A DNA stretch of 64,000 nt, taken from IMG/VR virus record IMGVR_UViG_3300034170_000057. One strand, given 5' to 3'. The DNA comes from a virus. Its lineage: Duplodnaviria; Caudoviricetes. The translations under genes were made by a program, and so were the position numbers. Position 1 is the first letter of the stretch. Every line of letters begins with the position of its first letter. Under the pieces are notes generated by a model. It was not told the DNA's origin. It ran no database searches and saw only the letters and a list, made by a program, of their open reading frames with translations. Positions 28,153 to 36,998 of this stretch are shown piece after piece.

Positions 28153-28538
28153 TGGCAATCAAAAATAAAGTGACGGTCATACAGCGGCTGAAGTGGCGAC
28201 CAATCGGATACCCTATGCATTTTTGCAGCCGCCACAAATGTTCGTTTCGGTTGGGTACTCTGATGGAACGCAAAATCATTGTGTCTACCCTCGGCCATTA
28301 CCTGCCAGAAGACGGCAAGCCTATGCAGCCTTTGGGCGGCCACGGCCCGGACGAAGTTCCGGATAGCTTTTTCGAAACGTTCGTTTTTACCGTGTCCCAT
28401 TTTCTGGATGATGGAACGCCGATCATTGGTGAACAGCTGGACGCAAGTCGTTGCAGCACAGCAAAAGTCGCGTACAAACTTCACGACGAAATGTGCGTGA
28501 AATTCCAACTCGAATTGAACATGGGAATGCACCGATGA
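28152..28538 (+). CDS. hypothetical protein
   Basis: TAATG overlap, 128 aa. Confidence 0.7.
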   Translation: MAIKNKVTVIQRLKWRPIGYPMHFCSRHKCSFRLGTLMERKIIVSTLGHYLPEDGKPMQPLGGHGPDEVPDSFFETFVFTVSHFLDDGTPIIGEQLDASRCSTAKVAYKLHDEMCVKFQLELNMGMHR

Positions 28539-28804
28539 TTCATCCATCGAAAGGCGACCACGCAAATCATCCGGGCCACGGCAACGGTAATTGCCCACTG
28601 CGCACGCAAGTGAACGCACACATTTACGGCACCAGCAGCAACGGTTACGGGTGTTCGTGGACTGGCGGGCACTGCGTCAAATCGGATGCATGCGAAACCC
28701 GTGTGCAGCAGCACGAAGCCGAGGCACCTGACCGCGAACGCCAGCGCGTGTTGGATAACCTGTATTCCAAAAAAGCATTCCGTCGTAAGGGGAAGGTACA
28801 GTGA
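28535..28804 (+). CDS. small Cys/His-containing protein
   Basis: ATGA overlap; CPL...GCSWTGGHC...C. Confidence 0.65.
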   Translation: MIHPSKGDHANHPGHGNGNCPLRTQVNAHIYGTSSNGYGCSWTGGHCVKSDACETRVQQHEAEAPDRERQRVLDNLYSKKAFRRKGKVQ

Positions 28805-28911
28805 ACTCTACAGTCGTCGCCGTAATCACCACGTGGCCCGGTGCATTCACAGTTGTGGGTGTGTCATTCGCCATCGCATTTGCAATTGTTTTCGCCATGA
28901 GGGAAATGTAA
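28801..28911 (+). CDS. 36-aa hydrophobic peptide (not in ORF track)
   Basis: GTG start, GGAAGG RBS; NSTVVAVITTWPGAFTVVGVSFAIAFAIVFAMREM; overlaps both neighbours. Confidence 0.6.
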   Translation: MNSTVVAVITTWPGAFTVVGVSFAIAFAIVFAMREM

Positions 28912-29108
28912 TGCTTACTCAAGTTTTCCTGAAATACCGTGACAGTAAAAACCACGATGTTCGCACCACTGTGATTGCGGAATCGTTGCCACTGGTCCCC
29001 GTCGATGTTTCTGCAATGCTGATTTTGGCGGCGAACCGGATTGAAGAACGTATCGCGGAAGGTACGCTTTCCAACGATGACATTTTCGAAGTAATTGTGC
29101 GTACCTGA
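28911..29108 (+). CDS. hypothetical protein
   Basis: TAATG overlap, GAGGGA RBS. Confidence 0.7.
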   Translation: MLTQVFLKYRDSKNHDVRTTVIAESLPLVPVDVSAMLILAANRIEERIAEGTLSNDDIFEVIVRT

Positions 29109-29126
29109 GAACAAGTGAGGTAGTCG

Positions 29127-29327
29127 ATGGAAGTGGAGGATGATATTCCATTTGCACCAGCCGAGCCGTTGACAGCGGAACAGCTAGAAATAATTGCTGC
29201 GATTAAATGCCAGACCTGTAGCGACCACGGATTCATCGGCGGTTTAGTTCCGTGGGGCGATGGTCAGGTAGATAGCGTTTGTGAACCGTGCCCTGACTGC
29301 AATATGGAAGACTTGAAAAATGCGTGA
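29127..29327 (+). CDS. small Zn-finger protein
   Basis: CQTC...CEPCPDC. Confidence 0.7.
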   Translation: MEVEDDIPFAPAEPLTAEQLEIIAAIKCQTCSDHGFIGGLVPWGDGQVDSVCEPCPDCNMEDLKNA

Positions 29328-29589
29328 ATATTCTAACATACGTCGTGAAGACGAAGGCCATCGTTTCTTCCCTGAAGTGGGTTGCAACCTTAACGATTTT
29401 ATCCGCGAAGTTCTGCACTTGATGCAGCACCGAAACTTCCCGATCCAGCCGTTTAAAGCGGTGTGCGTTTTCTGTGAAACTTCGACGTTCGAAATTGAAC
29501 TTGATCACCACGACGATGACGAATCCGCCATCCGAAAATACCGTGCGGAATTCGATGAAATTTGCCGCGCCTATGGAGACGACGTATGA
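29320..29589 (+). CDS. hypothetical protein
   Basis: 89 aa, GGAAG RBS. Confidence 0.7.
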   Translation: MREYSNIRREDEGHRFFPEVGCNLNDFIREVLHLMQHRNFPIQPFKAVCVFCETSTFEIELDHHDDDESAIRKYRAEFDEICRAYGDDV

Positions 29590-30170
29590 GCCTGTCCAAA
29601 AAGCAACAGCAACTCGCATTCGAACTGGTGTGCGCCCATGACCACAAGCTGGCTACGGCGCTGCGCGAGGCCTTCACGGATTCCGACCGGTTGACCTATC
29701 TGGAAAAGCGCACGGCCCTTTCGTCTAGCGGCCTGTCGATCAATCCAAACATGTACCAGAAACCCCCGGCAAAAACATTCAGTTTTATGTGGCGCTTTGA
29801 ATGCACTGATCCGAAGCCGTCACTGCGTGCAGCAATCGACGACGCAGCGAAAAATTACCCGCTGCCAGATGTGGACGCGTGGGACGAAGACCACACAGAA
29901 GGCGAATCTGTATGCGGACGTTTGAACGATGCTGCATACGAAAAAATGGTACGTGAAATTCACGACATGGTTTCTTGCACCATCGGTAGCAAACAGTTCC
30001 AATCGACATTCGCAGACATGGGTGCCGACAATCTGGATATGGTCGATCTGACCCTGAGTATCGAACAGCATTTCGAACTCGAAATTCCTGATGCAGATGT
30101 GGACCTGTGGAAAACTACGCAGGACGTTATCAACTACGTGCAACGCCGTATATCCGAGGTGAAGAAATGA
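29586..30170 (+). CDS. protein with C-terminal ACP-like domain (Ser to Asn)
   Basis: STFADMGADNLDMVDLTLSIEQHFELEIPDADVDLWKTTQDVINYV aligns with ACP helices II-IV. Confidence 0.8.
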   Translation: MSLSKKQQQLAFELVCAHDHKLATALREAFTDSDRLTYLEKRTALSSSGLSINPNMYQKPPAKTFSFMWRFECTDPKPSLRAAIDDAAKNYPLPDVDAWDEDHTEGESVCGRLNDAAYEKMVREIHDMVSCTIGSKQFQSTFADMGADNLDMVDLTLSIEQHFELEIPDADVDLWKTTQDVINYVQRRISEVKK

Positions 30171-30448
30171 CCGACACTACAACGCCAGAAGAAAAAACAA
30201 TTCAGTCTTTGTTCACAGCGGATGGACAACTGCGTCATAACACGGTGAAGGTTAACGGCTCGCCAATGCAGACGCCGCCCCTGCCCCTGTTCGACGCAGA
30301 CGGATTTGCATCTACTGCCATGCGTTCCGCAATTCGTAGCCGCATGATGTACAAGACGCCGCTGGCCCACACCGATTTGGCCCGGCTGTTTTATTCAATT
30401 GTGGCGCAGGAAACTTACGACGTTCCGGCAGGGAAAATGTACGGATGA
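30167..30448 (+). CDS. hypothetical protein
   Basis: GAGGTG RBS, ATG 30167. Confidence 0.7.
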   Translation: MTDTTTPEEKTIQSLFTADGQLRHNTVKVNGSPMQTPPLPLFDADGFASTAMRSAIRSRMMYKTPLAHTDLARLFYSIVAQETYDVPAGKMYG

Positions 30449-30669
30449 ATTATTTCCGTTCGCTGTGGGCACGGCAAGGTGACTCACTGACATTGAGTTT
30501 TGTGATGTGCATCATGCCCCTTGTCGATTGGTTTCGTGGTCAGTGGAAGCTAGTATTTTTCGATAGCCCCGTGCTGTCGCTTGTTGGCTTCCTGATCGTT
30601 ACAACCCTTATCAGCTTTGCGACCTGCGCCAGTGTGCGTTGGTCCAACAGAAGGCGAAACAGAACATGA
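30445..30669 (+). CDS. small membrane protein (2 TM)
   Basis: Two hydrophobic segments, basic tail. Confidence 0.7.
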   Translation: MNYFRSLWARQGDSLTLSFVMCIMPLVDWFRGQWKLVFFDSPVLSLVGFLIVTTLISFATCASVRWSNRRRNRT

Positions 30670-31205
30670 GCAAGAAAACTACCCTCGAAGACATTCTCGG
30701 CACGCCGGAAGATTACCAAGCAGCACAGGCCGCCAAGAAGAAAGAATTCGACGACTTGTGTGCAAGGTATCGTGGGAAACTTCTGCAAGAATCCCGTGCA
30801 AAATTCGAAAGCCAGCTTCTGGATAAAACCAAGCTGAACCCAAAAGGCTCTGACGATCCTGCGGTCGCCATGCAGTGGAACGGCTGGCAAGCGTGCATGG
30901 ATTTCAGTCCGCGCCTGAAATTCTTCAAGATGGAAATCGTGCTGCCTGCGGACGAAACCAGTCGCATGTGGGCACTGGATGAATTCAACTCGATGTTGCG
31001 CGCTTACATCGGCGCAATGTGCCGCACGTGGGCCGCTGGCTCTTCGCCCTATGACAGCCTGTTGAATGACGTGGAAAAATACATGGCACAGGCCCGCGTG
31101 ATTTTGCCTGAAAGTGAGTACAACAGTTTCCGCGTCGGTATCGTGAATCACGGTGGCCGGTCGGAACATTTGATGCAGCATTTGACGCGTAAGGAAACCG
31201 ACTGA
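30666..31205 (+). CDS. hypothetical protein
   Basis: ATG 30666, ATGA overlap. Confidence 0.75.
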   Translation: MSKKTTLEDILGTPEDYQAAQAAKKKEFDDLCARYRGKLLQESRAKFESQLLDKTKLNPKGSDDPAVAMQWNGWQACMDFSPRLKFFKMEIVLPADETSRMWALDEFNSMLRAYIGAMCRTWAAGSSPYDSLLNDVEKYMAQARVILPESEYNSFRVGIVNHGGRSEHLMQHLTRKETD

Positions 31206-31969
31206 TGGCCGATAAAAAACTTTCCCCGATGGACGAACAGCTAGCAAAAGGCGCGTTCGAAATTGTGGATTTCATCAAAGGCGAACACGGTAAAAGCTGC
31301 TGGCTTAACCACACGCTGCTGGAAGGCACGCCCCGCGATGTTCTGGCCCGTGTGGTCGATGATCCGCTGTGGGATTCGACGCGTATGAAAATTACGCTGT
31401 TCCTGAATAGCGAACGCATTATTCACGAAGACTTCGAAAAGCTCATTTCGTACTTCGCGGATCGCATGTGCAAACAGAAACTACGGGCGGCCAACTTCGA
31501 AGACTTCGAAAAGGCTGTGCAGATTGCGGCCAAAGGTCTGCTATCGCGTAGTGCTGATTCGGTGCAGGAAAAGTTTTACGAACTCCAAACACAACTGCAA
31601 AATCTCACTGATCAAGCTAGTGCAATTGTGGAACGTGAGTGGGAGCGGCCTTTCCAGTATCAAATCACGGAAAAGATGGAACACGCGGCGCGCAATGCGA
31701 TGAATCGCTATTTCCCAACCGAACCTGAATTCGATTTCAAAGGCGACGAAGTGGAAGGCACCGCACCCGATTTTTACGGTGAAGCTGTCAAGGCCATTTT
31801 CCACGCCATGATTGCGGCCCGTGGTGAACCTGAATACAAAGTGAAATTGCCACTTACACATAGTGAGGGCACGGAATATACCTGCTTCGAAATTGCGACC
31901 CGGCGTAAAATGATGGACGAAGTTCGGGAAAGCCTGAGTGCGCAAGGTATCGCATTCGAACTTGCTTAA
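31205..31969 (+). CDS. hypothetical protein
   Basis: AAGGA RBS, 254 aa. Confidence 0.8.
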   Translation: MADKKLSPMDEQLAKGAFEIVDFIKGEHGKSCWLNHTLLEGTPRDVLARVVDDPLWDSTRMKITLFLNSERIIHEDFEKLISYFADRMCKQKLRAANFEDFEKAVQIAAKGLLSRSADSVQEKFYELQTQLQNLTDQASAIVEREWERPFQYQITEKMEHAARNAMNRYFPTEPEFDFKGDEVEGTAPDFYGEAVKAIFHAMIAARGEPEYKVKLPLTHSEGTEYTCFEIATRRKMMDEVRESLSAQGIAFELA

Positions 31970-31985
31970 TAGCCATGGGTGAAGT

Positions 31986-32228
31986 ATGAACCTGCAAGAA
32001 TTGAAAGATAAAATCCGTGAGGATATGCCGGAGTACGTCGCGGCTATCGAAAAGATCACGAAGGCTGCGGTAGAAGACAAAGAATCCTACGTGGATTTCA
32101 TGGATCACGAATTGCCAGATGCAGTACGCGAACGGCTGTCCGAAGACGGCTACAACTGGTACTACAATAAATTTCTCGACTACTGCTTCCGCGTGTACGG
32201 CTGGGCCGGTGATGTGGAGCATCCGTAA
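31986..32228 (+). CDS. acidic hypothetical protein
   Basis: 80 aa. Confidence 0.7.
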   Translation: MNLQELKDKIREDMPEYVAAIEKITKAAVEDKESYVDFMDHELPDAVRERLSEDGYNWYYNKFLDYCFRVYGWAGDVEHP

Positions 32229-32425
32229 TGGCGACCGCAATATGGCGAACGCCTGAGAGTCCACCGGAAGTCGGCGGCGATTATCTGGTTACTCTCATGA
32301 CAGGTAAAGTCGAAATGGCCCGTTACGATAAAGGCTGCAATCGCTGGGCACAGGATTGGATGGGCCATTGGGAAACGGTTGGTATTTTGGCTTGGGATTA
32401 TATGCCGGAAGGATACAAAAAATGA
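32228..32425 (+). CDS. DUF551-like phage protein
   Basis: WRTPESPPEVGGDYLV...RW...ILAWDYMPE. Confidence 0.7.
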   Translation: MATAIWRTPESPPEVGGDYLVTLMTGKVEMARYDKGCNRWAQDWMGHWETVGILAWDYMPEGYKK

Positions 32426-32970
32426 CATTTGATGCAAGCGAGTTTATCAAAGGTGATTCGTTGCGCGAACGCTGCGTTTCCCTGCTGCGTGGCCTGAACT
32501 TCAATGAAGAGTTTTGCGACGGGTTATCGTTCCAAGACAACGGCGATATTTTCGACCACGCTTTGGATCGCGTAACCGGCAGCTACAAGCTGGTTGACGA
32601 TGGTTTGCCTGTGATCGGCTTCCATTCCAATATGCGCACCGGCTACGTCATGGGCCAGCGCGTGGTGGATGGCGTACCTCGTTTCTTCCCGACCCTGTGT
32701 CAGCGTGACGAAATCGGAATCGACATTCGAGAACATCATGCTACGCCAGAACTGCATGCTTTTCTGATGGGGGAATTGCTCACGCAGTACGACGGCAAAC
32801 CCGGTTATAAAATTCGTGAGAATTCAAAACCGTTCTTTCAGGGCGGTGCCCACGATCCGCACGGCAAATGGTTCTATATCGAGTTCTTGGGGCGCAAAGA
32901 CATTTACAAAACCGTGCGCTGGATTAACGAAAACTTCCGGCAACCGGAGGCACCAAATGCAAATGGATAA
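32422..32970 (+). CDS. hypothetical protein
   Basis: GAAGGA RBS, ATG 32422. Confidence 0.75.
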   Translation: MTFDASEFIKGDSLRERCVSLLRGLNFNEEFCDGLSFQDNGDIFDHALDRVTGSYKLVDDGLPVIGFHSNMRTGYVMGQRVVDGVPRFFPTLCQRDEIGIDIREHHATPELHAFLMGELLTQYDGKPGYKIRENSKPFFQGGAHDPHGKWFYIEFLGRKDIYKTVRWINENFRQPEAPNANG

Positions 32971-33235
32971 ATACGTGCCATTCAATCCGAACATCATGCC
33001 GAACGGTGATAAGCGTCTGATCACTTTCGAGGATGAAATCTGCATCGCATACGCGCTCTTTGATGCAGGCTTCGAACCTTGCTGGTCGCACGACTACTCC
33101 GACAACCTAATCTGCGGCTACGGTGATTCTCCGCACGGCTTCAAATACGAATTGGTTGTCACCGATTGTGAGGATATTTCCAAGGGCATTTTGCCTTGGA
33201 GTGAAGTCAAAGGGAAGTTGGAGATTTACCGATGA
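32957..33235 (+). CDS. hypothetical protein
   Basis: GGAGG RBS, ATG 32957. Confidence 0.7.
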   Translation: MQMDKYVPFNPNIMPNGDKRLITFEDEICIAYALFDAGFEPCWSHDYSDNLICGYGDSPHGFKYELVVTDCEDISKGILPWSEVKGKLEIYR

Positions 33236-34317
33236 TTTTCTTTTATGTGTTTGTCGCTATCATGGTCGCGCTTTACTGGTGGCGCAGGGTGCATGATTTA
33301 TCGGCAGTCGCTATGGGATTGATAGTCAGCCTGATCGTGGCCTGTGCATCATTCTACGGGCCTATGTATTGGCAGGCGTCCGACCTCGAATTACTGAGCG
33401 GTTCCGTAGCTGAGAAAAAGCGTGTGTATGATCCGGAAACGGAAACGTACAACTGCGGTACGGATTCGAAAGGTAATGCGCAGACCTGCACCCGGCAAAT
33501 TCCACGCTGGCGCTGGGATGTGGTTTCGGATATCGACGGCGATAAATTCAGTGAATACACGCACCAGTCGATTCGCAGTCCTGAGATTTATTCCCGTGCG
33601 CAAGTCGGTGATCCTTATACGGCTTCACACCGCTTTCTGAATTTCCAGAACGTGAGTGAACAGTCGGTGCTGCTAGACCGGGAATCTGCCGGGGAATACG
33701 TTGGATGGTTGCCGGATTATCCGCAAGTTTATTCCGGCTACAAAGTGCAGCGTGGTTTCTCCACAAGTCCGCTGGTTGACCAACGCGATTTGTCACGCAT
33801 GCTCAACGAGGCACAAAAGCGCTGGGGGCCAATGCACGGCGTAAACGTGATGGTCATTGTGATCGGCCCACAAGCAGACGCCAACAAGTTTTTCTATGCA
33901 CTGAAAAGTAAGTGGAAAGGCGGTAAGAAAAACGATGCGGTATTGATCGTGCGTGTGGACGAAGCGGGCACGATGACAAACACCAATTCGTTTAGCCGGT
34001 CGGCGGATGATCTGACCAACGAAGAAGGTTTGGCGTTCACCACAATGCTGCATGTAAACGCGATGAAAACTTTCACGCCAGCGGAAAAGAAATTCAATCC
34101 TGAATTAATCATTGCTTCCATCGACAAGTCGCTAGCGTATTTCAAACGCGAAGACCTTGGGCGCTATGACTTCCTGAAGGATGAATACATGCCGCCATAT
34201 TGGATGGTTGCACTGTCGTTAATCGCTGTAGTGCTGTCCGGTTCGTTAACTGTAAATCAAATAGTAGGCCGTCGTAGCGCCTATGGTCGCCGCCACCGTA
34301 AGTTCGGCTTTATCTAA
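33232..34317 (+). CDS. membrane protein with periplasmic TPM-like domain
   Basis: Two N-terminal TMs and one C-terminal TM; GVNVMVIVI...WKGGKKNDAVLIV resembles the TPM fold core. Confidence 0.6.
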   Translation: MIFFYVFVAIMVALYWWRRVHDLSAVAMGLIVSLIVACASFYGPMYWQASDLELLSGSVAEKKRVYDPETETYNCGTDSKGNAQTCTRQIPRWRWDVVSDIDGDKFSEYTHQSIRSPEIYSRAQVGDPYTASHRFLNFQNVSEQSVLLDRESAGEYVGWLPDYPQVYSGYKVQRGFSTSPLVDQRDLSRMLNEAQKRWGPMHGVNVMVIVIGPQADANKFFYALKSKWKGGKKNDAVLIVRVDEAGTMTNTNSFSRSADDLTNEEGLAFTTMLHVNAMKTFTPAEKKFNPELIIASIDKSLAYFKREDLGRYDFLKDEYMPPYWMVALSLIAVVLSGSLTVNQIVGRRSAYGRRHRKFGFI

Positions 34318-34336
34318 CTCAAGGAAACTGGAAATA

Positions 34337-34942
34337 ATGAAATCGAAACAACGTGGTGCTATCTCGATTACCGGGATTGTTGTACTGGTTGTAATCGTGC
34401 TGCTGGGCCTGTGGGCTGTCGGTATCAATAACACGGTCGTGCGTCAGGAAGCCGGGATCGTCGGCGCCAACAAATCGCGTCAAGCGGTGCTGTCGAACCT
34501 TAGTCAGAAGGTGCAAGAAGCTATCGGCGTGCAGGACATGAACGTCGAGAACATTCGCAAAACCGTGAACGAACAAATCAAGTTGCGTTCCGGTGCGGAA
34601 GGCATGAAAGCAACTGTGCTTTTCTTGCGTGAAAACAATATCCCGGCTTCGCAGGAACTGGCGATGAAAATCGTGAACCTGATCGACCAAGGCCGTGACA
34701 AATTCACACACGAAGAAAAGATGATGACGGATCGTAAAGTCGGTGCGTGTATGTATCGCGGTCAGTTCCCGAATAACGTCGTGATCGGAATCACTGGCGC
34801 TGCCAAACTGGAAATCGGCTGTAACGATGGCCCGGACAAATACGCACCGCTGATGAACGAACGCACGTCCACCTCATTCGAAACCGGCAAAGACCAAGGC
34901 CTGTACGACATGAAGAAACCTGCTGCACCTGCTGCGCAGTAA
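34337..34942 (+). CDS. LemA-like membrane-anchored coiled-coil protein
   Basis: TM then NNTVVRQEAGI...QAVLSNLSQKVQE, matching the LemA N-terminal pattern. Confidence 0.6.
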   Translation: MKSKQRGAISITGIVVLVVIVLLGLWAVGINNTVVRQEAGIVGANKSRQAVLSNLSQKVQEAIGVQDMNVENIRKTVNEQIKLRSGAEGMKATVLFLRENNIPASQELAMKIVNLIDQGRDKFTHEEKMMTDRKVGACMYRGQFPNNVVIGITGAAKLEIGCNDGPDKYAPLMNERTSTSFETGKDQGLYDMKKPAAPAAQ

Positions 34943-34950
34943 GTGCAACC

Positions 34951-34976
34951 GGGGAATCCTACGGGGTTCCCCTTCT
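34951..34976 (+). terminator. stable cUACGg hairpin, terminator-like
   Basis: ggggaatcc-tacg-gggttcccc followed by ttct. Confidence 0.6.
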
Positions 34977-34989
34977 GAGGAAGTGAAAG

Positions 34990-35232
34990 ATGAAAAAGAA
35001 GAAAGCAGAGCCCGTAAATGATTTCGACGATTTCGATATCGTTCGCGGTATCGTAAACCAGACTCGCCAGTTCCCTAAATCGTCTGCGAAATTCATTAAA
35101 GCGCAGATGAAAGAAATTTATCCCGGCGTCACCGATGAACAGTTGGGCCGCTGCTGCAAAATGATCACGGATTCGTGGGCCATTCCAAGCAAGGTACGCC
35201 AATCCAGCAAGGTACAAGGAAAAAACAAATGA
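34990..35232 (+). CDS. hypothetical protein
   Basis: GAGGAAG RBS, 80 aa. Confidence 0.7.
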   Translation: MKKKKAEPVNDFDDFDIVRGIVNQTRQFPKSSAKFIKAQMKEIYPGVTDEQLGRCCKMITDSWAIPSKVRQSSKVQGKNK

Positions 35233-35579
35233 CCGATTTCATGATTGGCGTCAAACGCCTTGCGGATGTTCCAGCCTGCCCTCTGTGCGGTTGCAGCACC
35301 GTTAAAGAAACCCGCAAGTGGGCGCAGCATTGCAACGGCCACTGGAACGAATCGTTGGAATTCAATTGCGGGCAAAAATACGAATTCTCCCCGAACTTTA
35401 TGTGTGTTGGCCTTATGTCTGATTGCAAGGAAAACCCTGAATTCAAAGCCCGTGTGAAACTGGTGCAAGCCGTGAAAGCGGAGTTAATCGCCCACGGAAA
35501 AAAGCGCGGACTGTCTGAAGCTGATCAAAAACAGCTGGAAGACAAACTCCAATACTTCAGCGTTTCCACTTGGCACTAA
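35229..35579 (+). CDS. Cys-containing hypothetical protein
   Basis: CPLCGC...C...C; ATG 35229. Confidence 0.7.
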   Translation: MTDFMIGVKRLADVPACPLCGCSTVKETRKWAQHCNGHWNESLEFNCGQKYEFSPNFMCVGLMSDCKENPEFKARVKLVQAVKAELIAHGKKRGLSEADQKQLEDKLQYFSVSTWH

Positions 35580-35588
35580 GGAATTACC

Positions 35589-36320
35589 ATGGCGCAAGTT
35601 CATTTGTATTACGACCGCAAGCTGGATGAAATCGTCGAAGCGTGGGCAGACTCTCTGACGCCGAACAATGAAGATTTTGTTTTCGTTGATGGCGAGGAAG
35701 GTGACTTCGGCGTGATCCGCTTTTTCGGCAAGGATTTGGACGGTAACGAAAACGTCCACATGATTACGCAGTACATTCGCGGCGGCGATGTAGAGCAGAG
35801 CTATTACACGCTGGCGGGTGCTGACATTGTTCAGAAAATCATGCGTGAGAATTTCGAAACTGTTCTGCGTCGTGAGCTGGAAGAAAATCTCGATCCGGGC
35901 CAAGACGGCGGCATGTCTGTAGGCTTCGTTAAGGCATACGAAGAGGCCGAACAACAGCGCCTATTATCAGGCAAAGAAATCGAAGCTACCCTGCACCAAC
36001 GTTGCGACCAGCTGTTCCCGGATTACTTCGAAGACGGCCAGATTTTCAAATACGGATTTAAGCTGTTTGTGGCACACGTGCTTACACCACCGACTGCACC
36101 CGCACAAATCGCGTTCCGTAATCTGATCAACGAGAAAGAAATGCTCGCCATTAAATTGCATGGCAAAAAAGAAGGTCAGGTTTGCATGCTGATCGGGCAT
36201 ATCGGCTGGCGGCACGGTTTCAATGAGTCGCGCATTTGCGTGATTCAACATGACGAAAAACTGGAAAGCATGTACGTTCCGGTTACACTGCCAATCTCGG
36301 AAGTGAAGGTGGTCGGATGA
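35589..36320 (+). CDS. hypothetical protein
   Basis: AAGGA RBS, 243 aa. Confidence 0.8.
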   Translation: MAQVHLYYDRKLDEIVEAWADSLTPNNEDFVFVDGEEGDFGVIRFFGKDLDGNENVHMITQYIRGGDVEQSYYTLAGADIVQKIMRENFETVLRRELEENLDPGQDGGMSVGFVKAYEEAEQQRLLSGKEIEATLHQRCDQLFPDYFEDGQIFKYGFKLFVAHVLTPPTAPAQIAFRNLINEKEMLAIKLHGKKEGQVCMLIGHIGWRHGFNESRICVIQHDEKLESMYVPVTLPISEVKVVG

Positions 36321-36511
36321 TTTGGCTTCTTACCAATCTTTGGATTCTGTTTCCGCTGGCTGTAATCTACATGACCATTTGGTTTTTTATGGGGCATGCG
36401 CGTAAATACCTACAAGGTCGCATTTTCCTAATGTCATTTTTTGTCTACGGCTGGTGCCTGCTTTATGCGTCGGTAGGTGAAGACGTTTTCAACTGGATTC
36501 AGAGACTGTAA
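36317..36511 (+). CDS. small membrane protein (2 TM)
   Basis: Aromatic, hydrophobic 64 aa. Confidence 0.7.
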   Translation: MIWLLTNLWILFPLAVIYMTIWFFMGHARKYLQGRIFLMSFFVYGWCLLYASVGEDVFNWIQRL

Positions 36512-36513
36512 AT

Positions 36514-36762
36514 ATGCGATACCTACAGACAATTCTTTGTGGCGGTCTGCTGTTTGCTTTGATGGGTTTCAGTGACCGTACACAGCCACCGCTTGAAACG
36601 GAAGAGTGGGGAATAACGTTTACGGATTTACAATATATGAAAGCGTTTTCCCGTGCAACAATGGGACTAAGATCCCAGCAGCTACACAGGGACCGGGGCT
36701 GGGGCAGGGACCGGGGAAACCTTGGATACCGACGCGCTACTGGCATGGGTGGACGGCATTGA
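36514..36762 (+). CDS. possibly secreted peptide with RG-rich tail
   Basis: Signal-like N-terminus; RDRGWGRDRG. Confidence 0.5.
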   Translation: MRYLQTILCGGLLFALMGFSDRTQPPLETEEWGITFTDLQYMKAFSRATMGLRSQQLHRDRGWGRDRGNLGYRRATGMGGRH

Positions 36763-36998
36763 AAGATTATCTCAAAAGCATTACGCGCAAAGCATGGTGG
36801 TTGATTGTCTTTTCAACGATCTACCTGTTGGCTGCCCTGTACTGGTTTGTGTGCGACATTCAGTCCGGCAAGTTTGGTAAAGGCGGGATGATAGATACCC
36901 ACCTCATGCAGTGGCAAATTGTGTGGCTTGTGGTCAGTGCATTGCCGCTAGTTATCCGTCCGCTGGGCGACTGGGTTTTTCAGAGGAACAGAAAATGA
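36759..36998 (+). CDS. small membrane protein (2 TM)
   Basis: TTG start overlapping the upstream TGA; WWLIVFSTIYLLAALYWF. Confidence 0.65.
   Translation: MKDYLKSITRKAWWLIVFSTIYLLAALYWFVCDIQSGKFGKGGMIDTHLMQWQIVWLVVSALPLVIRPLGDWVFQRNRK

Noticed and set aside
13436-30170. Phage-encoded fatty-acid, polyketide or NRPS pathway
   Set aside because: Both ACP domains lack the Ser, and no PPTase, ketosynthase or adenylation domain is visible in the window.
36514-36998. Programmed frameshift or broken gene joining ORFs 36514 and 36606
   Set aside because: A TTG start overlapping the TGA at 36759 explains the downstream gene, and no slippery heptamer is seen.
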